Positions 1 to 12,600 of a stretch of 64,000 bases of DNA are shown here, one piece after another (within the stretch, counting starts at the first letter, position 1; each line of letters starts with the position of its first letter). The position numbers were made by a program, and so were the translations under genes. Under the pieces are notes generated by a model that ran no database searches, had not been told where the DNA came from, and was given only the letters and a program-made list of their open reading frames with translations. This DNA comes from Fimbriosthenelais zetlandica (taxonomy: Eukaryota), in contig OZ365109.1 in the NCBI GenBank assembly GCA_977030845.1, positions 14,260,001-14,324,000 on the forward strand, written 5' to 3'.

Positions 1-1849
1 AGAAAATATTAACATTCAAAGAGAAGCCATGTCAGGTCTCCAATGGGTCGCAATATGTCCTCTCTCTGCTAAAGTAGGAGTGATTGTGTACCACAGAATA
101 GATATGTACATGTAAATGGTCTGCAAAACGTACCAAACATATCGCCAAGAAGCCTCTTCGGAATGACATCCTATGATGATAAGCCACTCTTGGACAAGTA
201 AGTAGTATATCAGATTTCATGTACAGTATATGCTGAAAGCAGTTTTCCCCTTTAGCGGCAAGTTTGCTCTGCTTCATATGGGTCCATCGTTACAAACTTT
301 TAACTTAGTGGTTGCCTCTTAGGCCACTAAGTGCTGATCTCGACGTAGGTGTACGAAAAGCCAAGAATAACTATACATACATCTAGTCACTGGAATTTTA
401 GTCACTTCTCAACATCGACTTGATTCGAGAAGAGACCTGTGAGTGTGAACTTATCCGAAGCTTTCCTGCTATAGAAAATTTCCTTCAAAGACTCTCGGGG
501 TATAAATTAAGTTATAACTGCTGATCGATTGTGGTGAATGATGAATAACCGGTCACATTTTGAGTCTAGCTCAATCCTGATAATCCTGGTTTTCTACGCA
601 CTACATTGATCATTATTAGAATATTCTCAAAACTGATCCAAGTACGCAAAACAATGGCGTTTCTCATGTCTTATTTCTGTTGTCTCATATGTACCTCAAA
701 CTGATGCATTGGAGATACATATATAAGTATATAAAAAGTTGACAATGCATCTTTTCAGAGATGCATATAATTATATAATAAGTTGACAATGCATCCTTTC
801 ATAGCAACCTATTTTCTAAGCTGGAGTCGATGTGAAGACCACATGAAATTTGAATGACTCGGTTTCGGAAAGACACAAATGAAAACTTGATTAGCTGATT
901 GGTTAATGGAATTAGTCGGACGTAATTCCATCAGTGGGAGCGCCTGTACATCAAAGATAAATGAATCAACACAGTAACACCCATGACATATAATTGTAGC
1001 TGATAAGTTACAACATAAAACATCGACATTTTGATTAGCTATGCAAGAATATCAAGAGCAGAAGTCTCAATACACTCGAGTCGTGGACAGAAATACCTAT
1101 AATGTTCATTTGTACAAGTCGACCTCGGTACTTTGATAGTCAAGTAAGTTACGTAACTTCACCCAAGCTTTGTGCTCTGATATACTGCACCCAAATAAAG
1201 CTTGGGAGTAGGTCAAGTCATATGCAAATCTGCACAGAAAAAAAAACGAGCAAAAGAAACTCCCGAAGTCAATAATGAATAATTAATAGAATAATACATA
1301 TTGGACTAAATATATAATCACATTAAATACATACCTCGATCTATCAATGATTAATTTTGTAGTTCCACTTAGTTCCAGAACGTCAGTGCCAATTGTATCG
1401 CTCTTAGACTTCAAAAACATAGTCTGAACTGTTCGACTATTTACAGCCGCGTTGACACTGATTATCCCTATTCAGAAATAGACTTTCAGAAACTTTCTGG
1501 GGAGGTGGCCGGCCGGGTACAGTATGGAATAGTATAGGAAAAGCGAGGTGAAATGGGCGGGATACATCCGTCAACATCTCAAATGATACTGAGCTGTGTA
1601 GAGGCTTTTGTTCTGACGTTTTATTTGGTCGAAGCCAGGCACTTTCCCTGATGAAGCGACAGGAAGATTAATGAAGTCTGACAAACGCCATGCATACTCC
1701 CGTCATTATTGAACACACAGCTTGTAATTCAAACGAATTGGGCGGAGATCTGACTGGCTGTTGAGTGATAATGAAGACAAATTCGAGAGGAGTTTGACCA
1801 CACGTCCTCTCATCTGTTACTTTATTACTGTCTCTCGCTTCATCCTGCT

Positions 1850-2000
1850 CGAGCATGCGCCCTGGTGCACCTGACGCCATTTCCGGTCGAATCACCCAGA
1901 TAGGTCTGTTGGCCAATCACGACTGGCAACTGGTATTGAAGTTCTGGTATCACATCCATAGAGCTAATTGTTGTGAACGTTGAGTTGATTGGTTGGTGGC
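1850..2000 (+). promoter_or_regulatory. Candidate housekeeping-type promoter, probably for the FKRP-like gene (possibly bidirectional)
   Basis: Cluster of GCATGCGC (NRF1-like, ~1853), GCCATTTCCGG (YY1/ETS-like, ~1876), CCAAT (~1913) and ATTGG (~1988) in a GC-richer patch. Function is inferred from motifs only. Confidence 0.45.
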
Positions 2001-4147
2001 TTCAGCCTCGGTCTTGAATGCAAGTCATGTCCTACTCCGGGCATTTCTGTAAGAAGAATATTCTGCCTATTGCTTATAAAAGATAGGGTGACTTTTATAG
2101 GGGTTTCTCAGTCACCAGTATGGAAAACACATCGATAATACTGCCCTTCACCTCGCTGTGTATTAGCTTTTGTTATCTTGCCCAAAAAGACAAAGGCTAT
2201 AATAATAATAATATGCCGATGTGTCGACTTTCTGGTTTAGAGGATAAAGAAAAAGGCTGATATTCATACATAGGCTACTTTAAATCGTACATGCGTACGA
2301 GAGCAATAGGATTAAGGAAACTTTAGGCCTACATATATCGCAAAGTATTTATATTTTTGTGTAAAAGCCAGATCGGTGCAACATAAAGGATACTAGCTCT
2401 ATAGGGTCCATATTGCCATATGCAATTCTCTTTGCATCCTCTTTCGAACAATTTTCATTGAAGTTCATCATTCTAAAGGCTATAGATCAATAAAGATTCC
2501 TACCCTATAGTCAATGTCAACTCAGGTGCATTTTTCTAGTATATACCATTGCACGCAGGCAAAATGTCTGTAATAAAACCTTTCTATCTATAGGGATAGA
2601 AAATAACCTCCATTTAGCTTTTACGAAATGAAGAAAGTTCATATAGACTGCTAGATATAGTTTCTATGCATTGTGATGCATTCAAACTTCCCTAAGTGGC
2701 TGGTCATGGGCCTACATGTAGCACAGGTAGGCCTTAATAATACCGGCAGACGCCATAACAAATCGGGGTAGGCCCCCATATTCGATCCTCACTCAGCCTT
2801 CCTCTCCTTCAGTAGTATTGCACCTATAGAAAGAGACCCTCAAGAAAAACATCCCCTTGTTTCACCTTGTGTCACGACAACATCATCGCCCTGTGTCACG
2901 TGATATTTATCGTTAACATCCGGGGATTCATCACACTCAGCACCGGGAGTGAGCCATTATTACCCAAGATCCTTTGTTGTGGTACTAATTAGTCCTGTTC
3001 TTAACGTGGGGAGCGGAAGAAAGGAGATGTCGCCGGCTTTATTTGGCCCGATTATTTACCACCCTCCCTTCTCCTGTCCGGTCGTATATTGTTTCCACGA
3101 GAGGCGGCCGATGCAGTTTGCATGATGAAAGATGGATACATGACAGAGAATCCACCCAGCCCTATTAAAATGCGAGGCTACTGGGTAAGACCTCCATTAC
3201 TTGGAAGGACAGATCCTATGCTCTTCTTCACCAAGCTATAAAAGGTTACCTTGGGAGAGGATGGTCATGATTCTGACTCCTCATCTCAGATTGGTACGCT
3301 GACATCCGAGATTGACCACACAAATGCATTACATTTGCCAGAACACGTCTGGGAGGCAGACAATAAATCTTGTCATTGTCATATATCATTTTTCCATTAC
3401 AGGTCTATAAGATAGTAAACTGCAATGAAGTACATACATGTACACACTATTGATGCAATATTCATGTTATATAAGTTTATTCTGCATGATTTGGATTCTA
3501 TTTGCAATGATGTGGCATTATTTTATCAGGTTCTTAATTTAAAGTGTGTTGCAGTGACAATAGTGCGTTAGACTCCTATTTATAAAAGGTTGTAGGTTAG
3601 ACAAATCATGGCTTAATACCCGAGTGATATTGTGCCGACATTAATTAACACCAGATACATGATAACGGATTTTATAAACATCGGGCTATTCGTCTAGGAT
3701 CGTATGACAATTCGATTACCATACAATACCCTCACGAACGGCCCGAAGTTAAAATGCAGATTCACTTCATGGAAAGAAACATATATAGAGATATTAGCAA
3801 TAGGTCGTGAGCCAATGCCTTATATACGAGGCGGAATTTAACGGTTTGGGGCTGAACTTTCTGCTTTCACCCATTTATTGCAGCACTTTGGCATGATACA
3901 TGCTTTCAGTCTACAGCCTACAGATCTAAAAGTTTCAGTGAATTAATATAAGAATTATCATAGCCGCAATTTACTGCAGCAACTGTTTAAGAAAGTTAAT
4001 CCTCATTAGTGGTGTACCCACTCGCTTAGGGATTATACCATTCTTGAATCTTTCATTGATTTTATCTCATTTCACATGCAATTAGAGTTAAGGCTTTTCT
4101 TATTTAATTCCAGGTGACTGGGCTTAAACCGTGTGGGAGACAACATA

Positions 4148-6604
4148 ATGGCTTCTCGATTGCGGATAGTGGTAATTAAGGGCCTTCTGCTTTTGCTGGC
4201 AACAGCATCCGTCTCTTTAATTTACCTTCTCTTCTCACTGGACGATTTACAAACGACCTATGAAGTGCAACATAATTTTCCTGGTACTCCAACTCCCACA
4301 CAGGACAAAGCCTTTAAAGCCCGTCTGGTTATTAAAGACTTCCCCCATTCTGAAGCTGCCAAAGAGTTACACTTGTTACCGACTGGGATGGCGGTTCCTG
4401 TGAAAGCTGTGGCTTCTGTAAATACGGATCCATTGAATTCTGAACCAGTAGCAGAAGCAGCATTACAGAGAACTAACAGTGAGGAAGAAGCTGGAGCCAG
4501 GTGGTCGCCTTATAAAGATTCAATTAGTCTGAGTAAAACCCATCAGGCCAAGTCGTCTGAGCCTTGCAATTGCTCCCACAAGATTCGGAGTTCAAATGAA
4601 GATTCAGATTCTTTCAACAATGAAATCCCGCGTACAAGTCCAAAATATAGAGAAACAGGTCGCCACGTTAATTTCTACATATCTAAGCCCAATGGGATCA
4701 ATTCTAATTACTTACATAGCAGTAGCAGCAGTTCTCAAATTAATCCCAAGGTGGACAGGGGAACCAATGGCTTGCCTCCCAAATCTGTTTTACGGAGCAA
4801 GATTCGGAAGGCTTCAAAGCAGTTAGAGGAGGTCTTGGAGTTACTGGAGAGGCTTAGGAGCGAGTTGAATGCCACTTGGAAATCGCCGCCAGGGAGCTGG
4901 GTGCCCAAGCAGCTTGAAGCCGGGATCCAGGTGGTGGAAAATCTCATTAAGTCTCTCTCACCTGAACATGATGAGCCGGGCACTGATGGCACACCTGAGA
5001 AGCCATCTAAGTCTAGGTCTCCAGATGGGGATACAAATGAAAAAACAGGCATTTTCAGGAAAGATCACCTTATTAACACTATAAAAACATCAGAGCCTGC
5101 AAAAATTACTTTCTGTCAAGAAACTTATAAAGGTACCCTTTATGGGTATCCCTTTTACGAAAAAGGCTTTGTGGAGGAGCCTTGTCAAGGGCAGCCAGCC
5201 TTGGAAAAATTGCTCACGCTTGTGTTTAATTTTGCTGATTACCCCCGACACCTTTTGGCTGATGCATCACGGGTGGTGAAGCAAGTTGTGCGACTCTACC
5301 CCAATGTCGCAGTGCTAATGGCCACTCGTCTGAAAGAGGCCAACCACTTCACTGACATTAATGTATTATATCGCCTTGAGGTAGAGAACGAAGCCACTCG
5401 CCCCGCATCAGTGTGGAACAGTCTGCTTAGCCGGGTGACCACGCCCTTTGCTTTTATTGGCCGCAAACTTGTGCACTTTGACACTGATGCCAGTCTCAGG
5501 AGACTTGTCAGAGAAATCTCTACTCTTAAGGCAGGGGTCATAGGCGGCGCCACGCGTACCTTAGATGGACGCTGGACGATGGACTGCTACCAAATGTCAC
5601 ATCGAAATTACACGCTAGTCTACCGTAAGGGCTACCACCGCTCTCACCAGGAATGCCTGAGTTGTAATCATATCCAGGGCCCATTTGTGGCGAGGACCAG
5701 CCTTCTAAGGGATCATCCATTAGACGACAACATGCCAGCCTCAACCCTCTTTGAGGACTACTTTCTGTGGCTGTTAGAGAGAGGCGTGGATGTGGCTGTT
5801 TGTCCAGACGTCATGTTTCACATCACGTATCCTGACGCTCTCACTGACCACAAACATACGTGGCTCATGCTTGCCACTAAGTGGCGCCTCAACCGTATCC
5901 GGACACCTAGTGGCCAGCTCCATATCTTCACATGTGGTGATATACACATAGACTGTTCTTTTACTACTGGTTTAGCAGTTCCTCCCTGTTGTCTGGAACT
6001 TCTTTCCAGGCAAATAAAATTCATCATGCAAGTCTGTGAAGAGAACCACATCATTTGCGAACTTCAGGAAGGTACTCTCTTGGGAGCTGTAAAACTAGGG
6101 AAAGTCCTACCCTGGGAGCGGGATGGAGATATAACATTTTTGTCTTCCAACTTTTCCTCTCTTTCAGCACTGAAAGGTTTATTCAGCAGTGCTGGTTATA
6201 TCTTGAAGGAGTCTGGCCCAACAAGATGTTGTGTGGAAGACCGAGTGGCAGGAGGGGTGTTCACTGTGGTTAGCAATGGAGCTCATTCGCCTTGGACTAT
6301 TGAAATGTATGGCTACCACCGGACCGATTCAGAAGTACTTTTAGAAAAGGGCCTGCGGCCCACCAAGGTCTTCTTGGATGGGGCGTGGGTGGCAGTGCCG
6401 AGAAACCCAGGCAAACATTTGAGGAATAGATATGGCCATGATATATACAAGCATGTCCAGCATTGGATATCTCTAGGGAAGTATAATGGATGGGACGAAT
6501 ACATACCAACAGGCTTCACACCATGTCCATTGCCTGGAAGACATGACTGCTTGGATGCCTATTCATTTGATGGAAATCTTCAATTTGAAGATCCTATACC
6601 GTGA
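4148..6604 (+). CDS. Fukutin-related (FKRP-like) LicD-family nucleotidyltransferase; type II membrane protein with a single coding exon
   Basis: Uninterrupted ORF after a splice acceptor (ttaattccag, ~4113), ATG at 4148. It has an N-terminal TM segment (VVIKGLLLLLATASVSLIYLLFSL), a long low-complexity stem and a GT-A-like stem domain. The FKRP Zn-finger pattern (FTCGDIHIDC...PPCC) and LicD motif GTLLGAVKLGKVLPWERDGDI are present (human FKRP: [20 protein letters not shown]). Orthologue versus lineage-specific paralogue is not resolved. Confidence 0.88.
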   Translation: MASRLRIVVIKGLLLLLATASVSLIYLLFSLDDLQTTYEVQHNFPGTPTPTQDKAFKARLVIKDFPHSEAAKELHLLPTGMAVPVKAVASVNTDPLNSEPVAEAALQRTNSEEEAGARWSPYKDSISLSKTHQAKSSEPCNCSHKIRSSNEDSDSFNNEIPRTSPKYRETGRHVNFYISKPNGINSNYLHSSSSSSQINPKVDRGTNGLPPKSVLRSKIRKASKQLEEVLELLERLRSELNATWKSPPGSWVPKQLEAGIQVVENLIKSLSPEHDEPGTDGTPEKPSKSRSPDGDTNEKTGIFRKDHLINTIKTSEPAKITFCQETYKGTLYGYPFYEKGFVEEPCQGQPALEKLLTLVFNFADYPRHLLADASRVVKQVVRLYPNVAVLMATRLKEANHFTDINVLYRLEVENEATRPASVWNSLLSRVTTPFAFIGRKLVHFDTDASLRRLVREISTLKAGVIGGATRTLDGRWTMDCYQMSHRNYTLVYRKGYHRSHQECLSCNHIQGPFVARTSLLRDHPLDDNMPASTLFEDYFLWLLERGVDVAVCPDVMFHITYPDALTDHKHTWLMLATKWRLNRIRTPSGQLHIFTCGDIHIDCSFTTGLAVPPCCLELLSRQIKFIMQVCEENHIICELQEGTLLGAVKLGKVLPWERDGDITFLSSNFSSLSALKGLFSSAGYILKESGPTRCCVEDRVAGGVFTVVSNGAHSPWTIEMYGYHRTDSEVLLEKGLRPTKVFLDGAWVAVPRNPGKHLRNRYGHDIYKHVQHWISLGKYNGWDEYIPTGFTPCPLPGRHDCLDAYSFDGNLQFEDPIP

Positions 6605-9600
6605 TGTATAATATGTTTTACTTGTCATTCAGTCAAGAAAACATATCAAGAAACTCCGATCTATGATCGATAAGTATGTGATACACTGTTAATATTGCAA
6701 TATTAATATCAAAATTAGTATTAGTAAGCAGATGATAAGTTGCATTTTGTGTTCTTGTTTTATAAAACTATTGCACAATTTTTATAAATGATAAGGTATG
6801 TCGAATATTAAAGACTTCAGCGTTTTCTTCAGCGTTGCAGTGGTGTATATAAGTGATTCAAAGATCACAAGATTTGTGGAAGGCCTTGGAGCGAACGACG
6901 GTAATAAAAGGGCAGGATAATATCAATCTGAAGTACTGGTTCATATATTATATTCTGGTCAGTCGGGGCTATATGATTCTGAGACAAAAATGCCCCCACC
7001 TTCCTGGCTGATGATTTTTTATGACTGACCATACAGGAACCCATGTCAGAGCGCCATCGGTCTCGTGCTGGACACGCCATCGATAATTGAAACAAGAGAC
7101 TGGAGGGTCCTATCAATAAAGGCTTTCATGTCCGAACAGGTCGTTAGAACGGGGTGCAAATATTGTGATATGAACATGCCGGCCCTTTCATCGGCCTGTC
7201 CGATCGCCTTCCGGCAGGAGCGTGAATAATTAATGGTAGATGTACATTTCTGCCGGATTCTCTTTAATCAAGGCGGGTAATTGGAAAATGATAGATCGCG
7301 GTGAAGGGATTGCCGCTCCTTGATTCAAGTACAAAGCATGTTCGTTGGATAACAGATGCTACGCCGTCTTTCCCCCCTATCAGTATTCCAGTGGAGTATA
7401 TCTGGCTGAATTGTAGACCATGGACTGAATTTCAAAACGTGCAAATTATAATAGATTATTTTACAATGACATATTAGGCATGCTCTTCTGATAGATTTCA
7501 TGTTAAACAAAATATTCAACTTCATCATCCTTCCGACAGATGTCTCCATAATTAAGTAACAAATGATGCGTTTTAGAGACGTCCTAAATCTAAAAATAGC
7601 GACCAAATAAGAACGTTGTCAATACGTCTTGTATCTGCTGGGCATAAGACGATTTGACAACCTTATTTTGATGTTTCACTGTAAATAATAAGCCTTTAGG
7701 CACGTGGACGTACCCTTCCATCAAAATGTAAAGAAGATTCATACCCAGGTTGAGTGCCTGCCACAGGACAAGGATGTCTTCGGCATGTAAAATATGCATC
7801 GTTCCTTGGTTCCGCATTGCATTTTTTCTATGTTAAATGTGAAAGGACTCAGGTGCATGACTGTCCTTTTGAATAGACAAAAATACACTATCTTGCTCAA
7901 TCGATTCAACTTACGATTAATATTTCAATATTGGGTTTAGTGCAGTACACAACATATATAACTTATAGGCTAGCATAATGGCGCTGTGATCTTTCGTACA
8001 ATTTCGTACGGTACAATTCCAATATTACAAAAATGTGAATATAAGAATATAGATTTTGTTTTGAACACACTTTTATTAGGAAGCCCAGCTTGCTAAATTT
8101 GACCGAGCCAAACAAGAATGACGCAATAATTCATGGTTTGTAACCCAGCCTGTTTGGACTTGAAATACATGTACACAAATAAAATAAGAGAAAACACGGG
8201 ATAACTAGCGAAATAATAATCACTGATACGTCTACATTAACTAGTACAGAACTGTAGTGTGGATTCTGTACAGCTAATAAGAAAACCATCCACTTGGGCC
8301 TATACAACTGACCACTAAATTTCTATACCTAAAAAAAGCGTAGTTATACATGTATTATACTTAGCATAGATAGATAGGCTACATTTATATTATGACATTT
8401 GGAAGGACTTCATACAGAGATATAATTATGTACATAATACATGTAATAATTCATATTAAATTAACATTGAATTAAAAGAATAATAAATATTTATAAAGCA
8501 ACGTAATCAATTTTGATATAACTCTTAGAACAATTGATGAAGATGTTTTGTAACAGCTACATGTATGACAACTGAAATGTACGAGTCAGGGAGTATTCAT
8601 TGTTTTCGATCAAGAATATGTCTTCTAGTAATTCTTTCATCACAAATTTCAGTATTGCATTGACATAAACTAGTGCTTCATGAAAATAAGCATTTAGGTT
8701 GAAAACAATGAATGAACAAAAGTTAATGGGAATAATTTGTTCCCGCTTATTTCCCCATATGTATACTAACTTACCACAATCACTGTCATTATGTGGCTTG
8801 GAATACTACACAAAATAATACTACAGGCCTTTGTATTCATGTAGGACTACTCCTTGAACAAAGATCGTCACGGATTTGAAAGCACATTTCTGAATGAAAG
8901 AAGTTCAGGTTACAATAAATAGAGACCTGAACAGAAAATGATAGTCCTATCATATTACGTGTCACACTGCCTTGTGGGTCTATCCTAAGATACAATAGGA
9001 AGTCCTAAATAAATGTCAATAAACATCTGACAATGGATAACTAAAGCCTATCGTATTTACATGTGACCCATCCACCAATATGGATTCATGAATTTATTAA
9101 ATCAGATTGATGCTTACTAAGTCTTTCGTGAGAGCCAACATACATCGGTTCCTCCCTAAATGCATTCAGATGCATCTTTTTAATTTGGATTTATGTTTAT
9201 GCTCTATATTTTGCCATTTTGCCAATTTTCACCTAAAATTTCATCTTAAGTAGTGGATAAGCCCCATGATAATAATCTATAAGCTGTTAATACTAGTAGT
9301 TTGTTCCTAGGCACATCTGATGCGTCCTGGCACAAGATTAAGGAATGCACACGCTCTTCAGCAACACGACGCCATTTAATCAAAATCCAAGTGCTATTGC
9401 TTCATAACGCAACAAAAAAGGAAAAGCGACATGAGAATTATCAATTTACAATAGTTCTTTAACGGAAAAAGTACATTACACAAATGGATTTGAGTGTTCT
9501 TATACAACTGTAACATAATTATTTATAAAGGCGATCCATGTCAATCGCCAAGACACTCCGGAAAGTATCTTCAACTGAAGTTATCCACTCATTTGGAAGC

Positions 9601-12600
9601 CCTTCCATCTAATATCTAGGGTCTCTATAAGGCGAGGGAGTCTTCGGTGATTAAAAGGATTGGTGAGTGGGTGTGGGACTTTTGTGTGTTTGTATTGTGT
9701 GTATACCAGTCGTACGATACTTCTATAGTACTACAAATGAAAAGATCCTTTAACATTAGAACTGTTACCAGCTTTCTCCACTTTCCAATGAAGACGATCG
9801 AGGCTTCATCGAGACTGTCACTCCGAGTTCTCTCCATATCAGAAGGCTTTGTATTTTGTTATTGTAGTTGCTGTTTCACACCAAGGCACTGACAAAATGC
9901 CTGCCAATCCCCGACCCCAAGAAGTCCTTGACGTCCTCTTCTTAAACTTTGTTTCCAGAACTTACAGAACAGAAACAACCCATCATGGCCGAACCACCAT
10001 TCAGGACGAGTTTTCCATGAAATCTGTAATATTTTTTGTACCTAAAATGTTTCGTCTTGTTGCCGCTAGTTGCCCATGCTGTCTGGTAGGTTACCCCCTG
10101 CATGAGAGAAAAAGAAATGTCCATACATCCTTATGGGATCCATGCCACTGCGGCGACACCTGTGAAATCCTGACTGAACAACTTGATATTTTGAGCGTTT
10201 TGAGCGCGGACTGCTAATGTGCTTTTGGGTGAACATTTTGTCACCCTTTTTCAACTTGAGATTGAATCCAACTGATCATTTTGGGTCAAATAATTGAATC
10301 CAGCATAGCAACACCCATTTCCGGTCTACCCATGATCGTCTCAAAGTACCCGGATGGTGAAGAACAATGGGTGAAGGCTGTGGACTCAAGGAAAGGAAGT
10401 TTTAACAATTACACAATTTTCGATATAAAGACATGTATACAATAGGGTGCCAGATTTACACACAAATTAAAAGAAAACGATCAAATAAGGAACTTATAAT
10501 AACTGGGAACATGAAAATGGTGGCATACCATGAGTAGGTTAGCAACACTTACAGTGACTGGGGTGCTCAAAGAGGGGGGTGCAGATGAACTCCATTTAGT
10601 TTGCCACAGGTATAAAGTCAAGGTTTATGTTTTTTATCAAGAAATTGGGTTTTTTTCAAAAGGTGATCGTGGATTCGGTGAACAAAATGGTCAATCCAAG
10701 GGTGATGGCAGAAGAATTAGTCTCTCAGTATAAACAAGACGGGTAGATGACATGTAGTAGGGTCACTGGTGTCCTTTTGTGTGTAATACGTCACTAGAAT
10801 TGGTGTAGGGTACGCCACTATATGGATCCAAATGAAGGCTCCAGGGTTTGGGGTACAGGGATTGCATCCTGAAACACAGAAAACAGCTAAATATCAGCTC
10901 CAAAAACAACAATAAGGGCAACAACATCAACTGTAACAATGGTCGGCCAATGTGGCATGCTTATATAAAATTTCCTCATATTATTTTCATGAATAGTTTT
11001 TGTCATGAATCCATGCGACAGGAATATTAAAATTCATCATATCTCTTTCATTTTCTTCTCAAATTGAAATGCTTTCAACGATATAAATTTAATCATGCTT
11101 GTAAATAGGATTCTTGAACAGTAAAGGTATGAACGCCATTCTGTGGCATGAATTGAAAATGATGTGAGAATTAATAGTATGTGTTTATAATTAATTAACA
11201 ATTAATATAAAGGTTCATCAGAGGGTGGTTTCTACAACAGGGTAATGACATTTATATACATTAACCAAAAAATTGGGGTTCGATGACAAAGGCAGGGAAA
11301 ACTGGCATACAGATGAAAATTTCCACTACGATATTACTGAACGAACGTAGACATGAATCTTATATCCAGAAAACGTATCCGATTTTAAATTCGAAACATA
11401 TGTTCTTATGTGAGACAAAATGTTTGTTGAATGCTGTTTAGTTTGTATTTCAAAATCATGAGATCTGTGCGGGTATAGCAAAGTTTTTCAGAGCATCGAT
11501 TCAACATGGCCATGATATATTTTGTTCACATAAGAACGTTTTCTACTCAATAACATTTTATGTATGTTCTATATACAAAAGAAGGACACCACGCGCTCTT
11601 TTCTATAGAAGCAATGTAATATCTATATTAAATCAGCGCAAGAATGCTCAAAATCCTACAATTTACATCAAGACATTTTGGATAGTCCTATATATATTTA
11701 AAGTTATTTTCAGTGAATGTTTCAATTCTATGATAGCTAACATCGTGGTCAAAGAGAGTGCCAGTATTATTTTCGGAAGGAAAACGTGTGAAAGCAAAAG
11801 AGTCTACAGCAGAAAACATGCAAAGTGTGTATAGGTGTTCATGTAATATTGGACAGGGGGTATAGTCCGGTGGTATTGGTGGACATTATTGTTTGGTTAG
11901 AATGAAAACGGTCTTAGGTGGAAATTTCTCAGGGCTCACCATATCTTAAACTCAGGAATGGAAAGTTAAGGAAAGAACATGGATAGAATGAAAAGTAATA
12001 ATATTGAATTTATACATGAGGTACATTTAGGTGGTCAGAGAACGCGTGTTACTACAAGTGACTCCCGATTACCTTGGATTCTTAATCTCTTCCATGATTG
12101 ATTGAAAAGGACCGTTCAAGAATCTGTGTAAGACAATGCAGCTTTCACTTGTTTTGACAGAAAAAAATGGATAGGTTTACAGGGAAAGACCAGGGGTTCT
12201 TTGAGCGATTTCCTTTTATCATCCATTTACAGTGATCCTCACATAACTCCATCAATCACTAGAGAACTAAAATTAATTTAATTCGTTTCAATTTATCAAA
12301 TTCATGGAAATTATCGTCACTTCAAATGACAAATGCTTTCCCAAACATAAGTTTCAATATTGGAATATTGGTCCCAAGGGCCCAGGTGATATCCTTCATA
12401 CATTTATAATAGTCGAGATGCACTTATTCAATAAAAAAATATTTCAAAAATGATTCAACAGTTTCTACATGTAAAATTTGTACCTGCGGCATGCAGACAC
12501 TGATCAATAATTTGCTAGAGCACGAATTTAAATATATTTATGGTAAATACTTGGCCCTTACGACTTCACCAGCTGATTAGGCTTGAATCTGAAATAATAT

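Noticed and set aside
32-1580. Possible minus-strand exons of a gene running off the left edge (ORF 32..277; segment ending at a GAG|GTATGT donor near 1337)
   Set aside because: No recognisable protein motif and no consistent exon chain.
9600-10260. Overlapping ORFs; one minus frame (SWKTRPEWW..HDGLFLFCKF) faintly recalls a hAT-associated zinc finger
   Set aside because: Cys/His ligands are incomplete, stops are present, and similarity is too weak to call.
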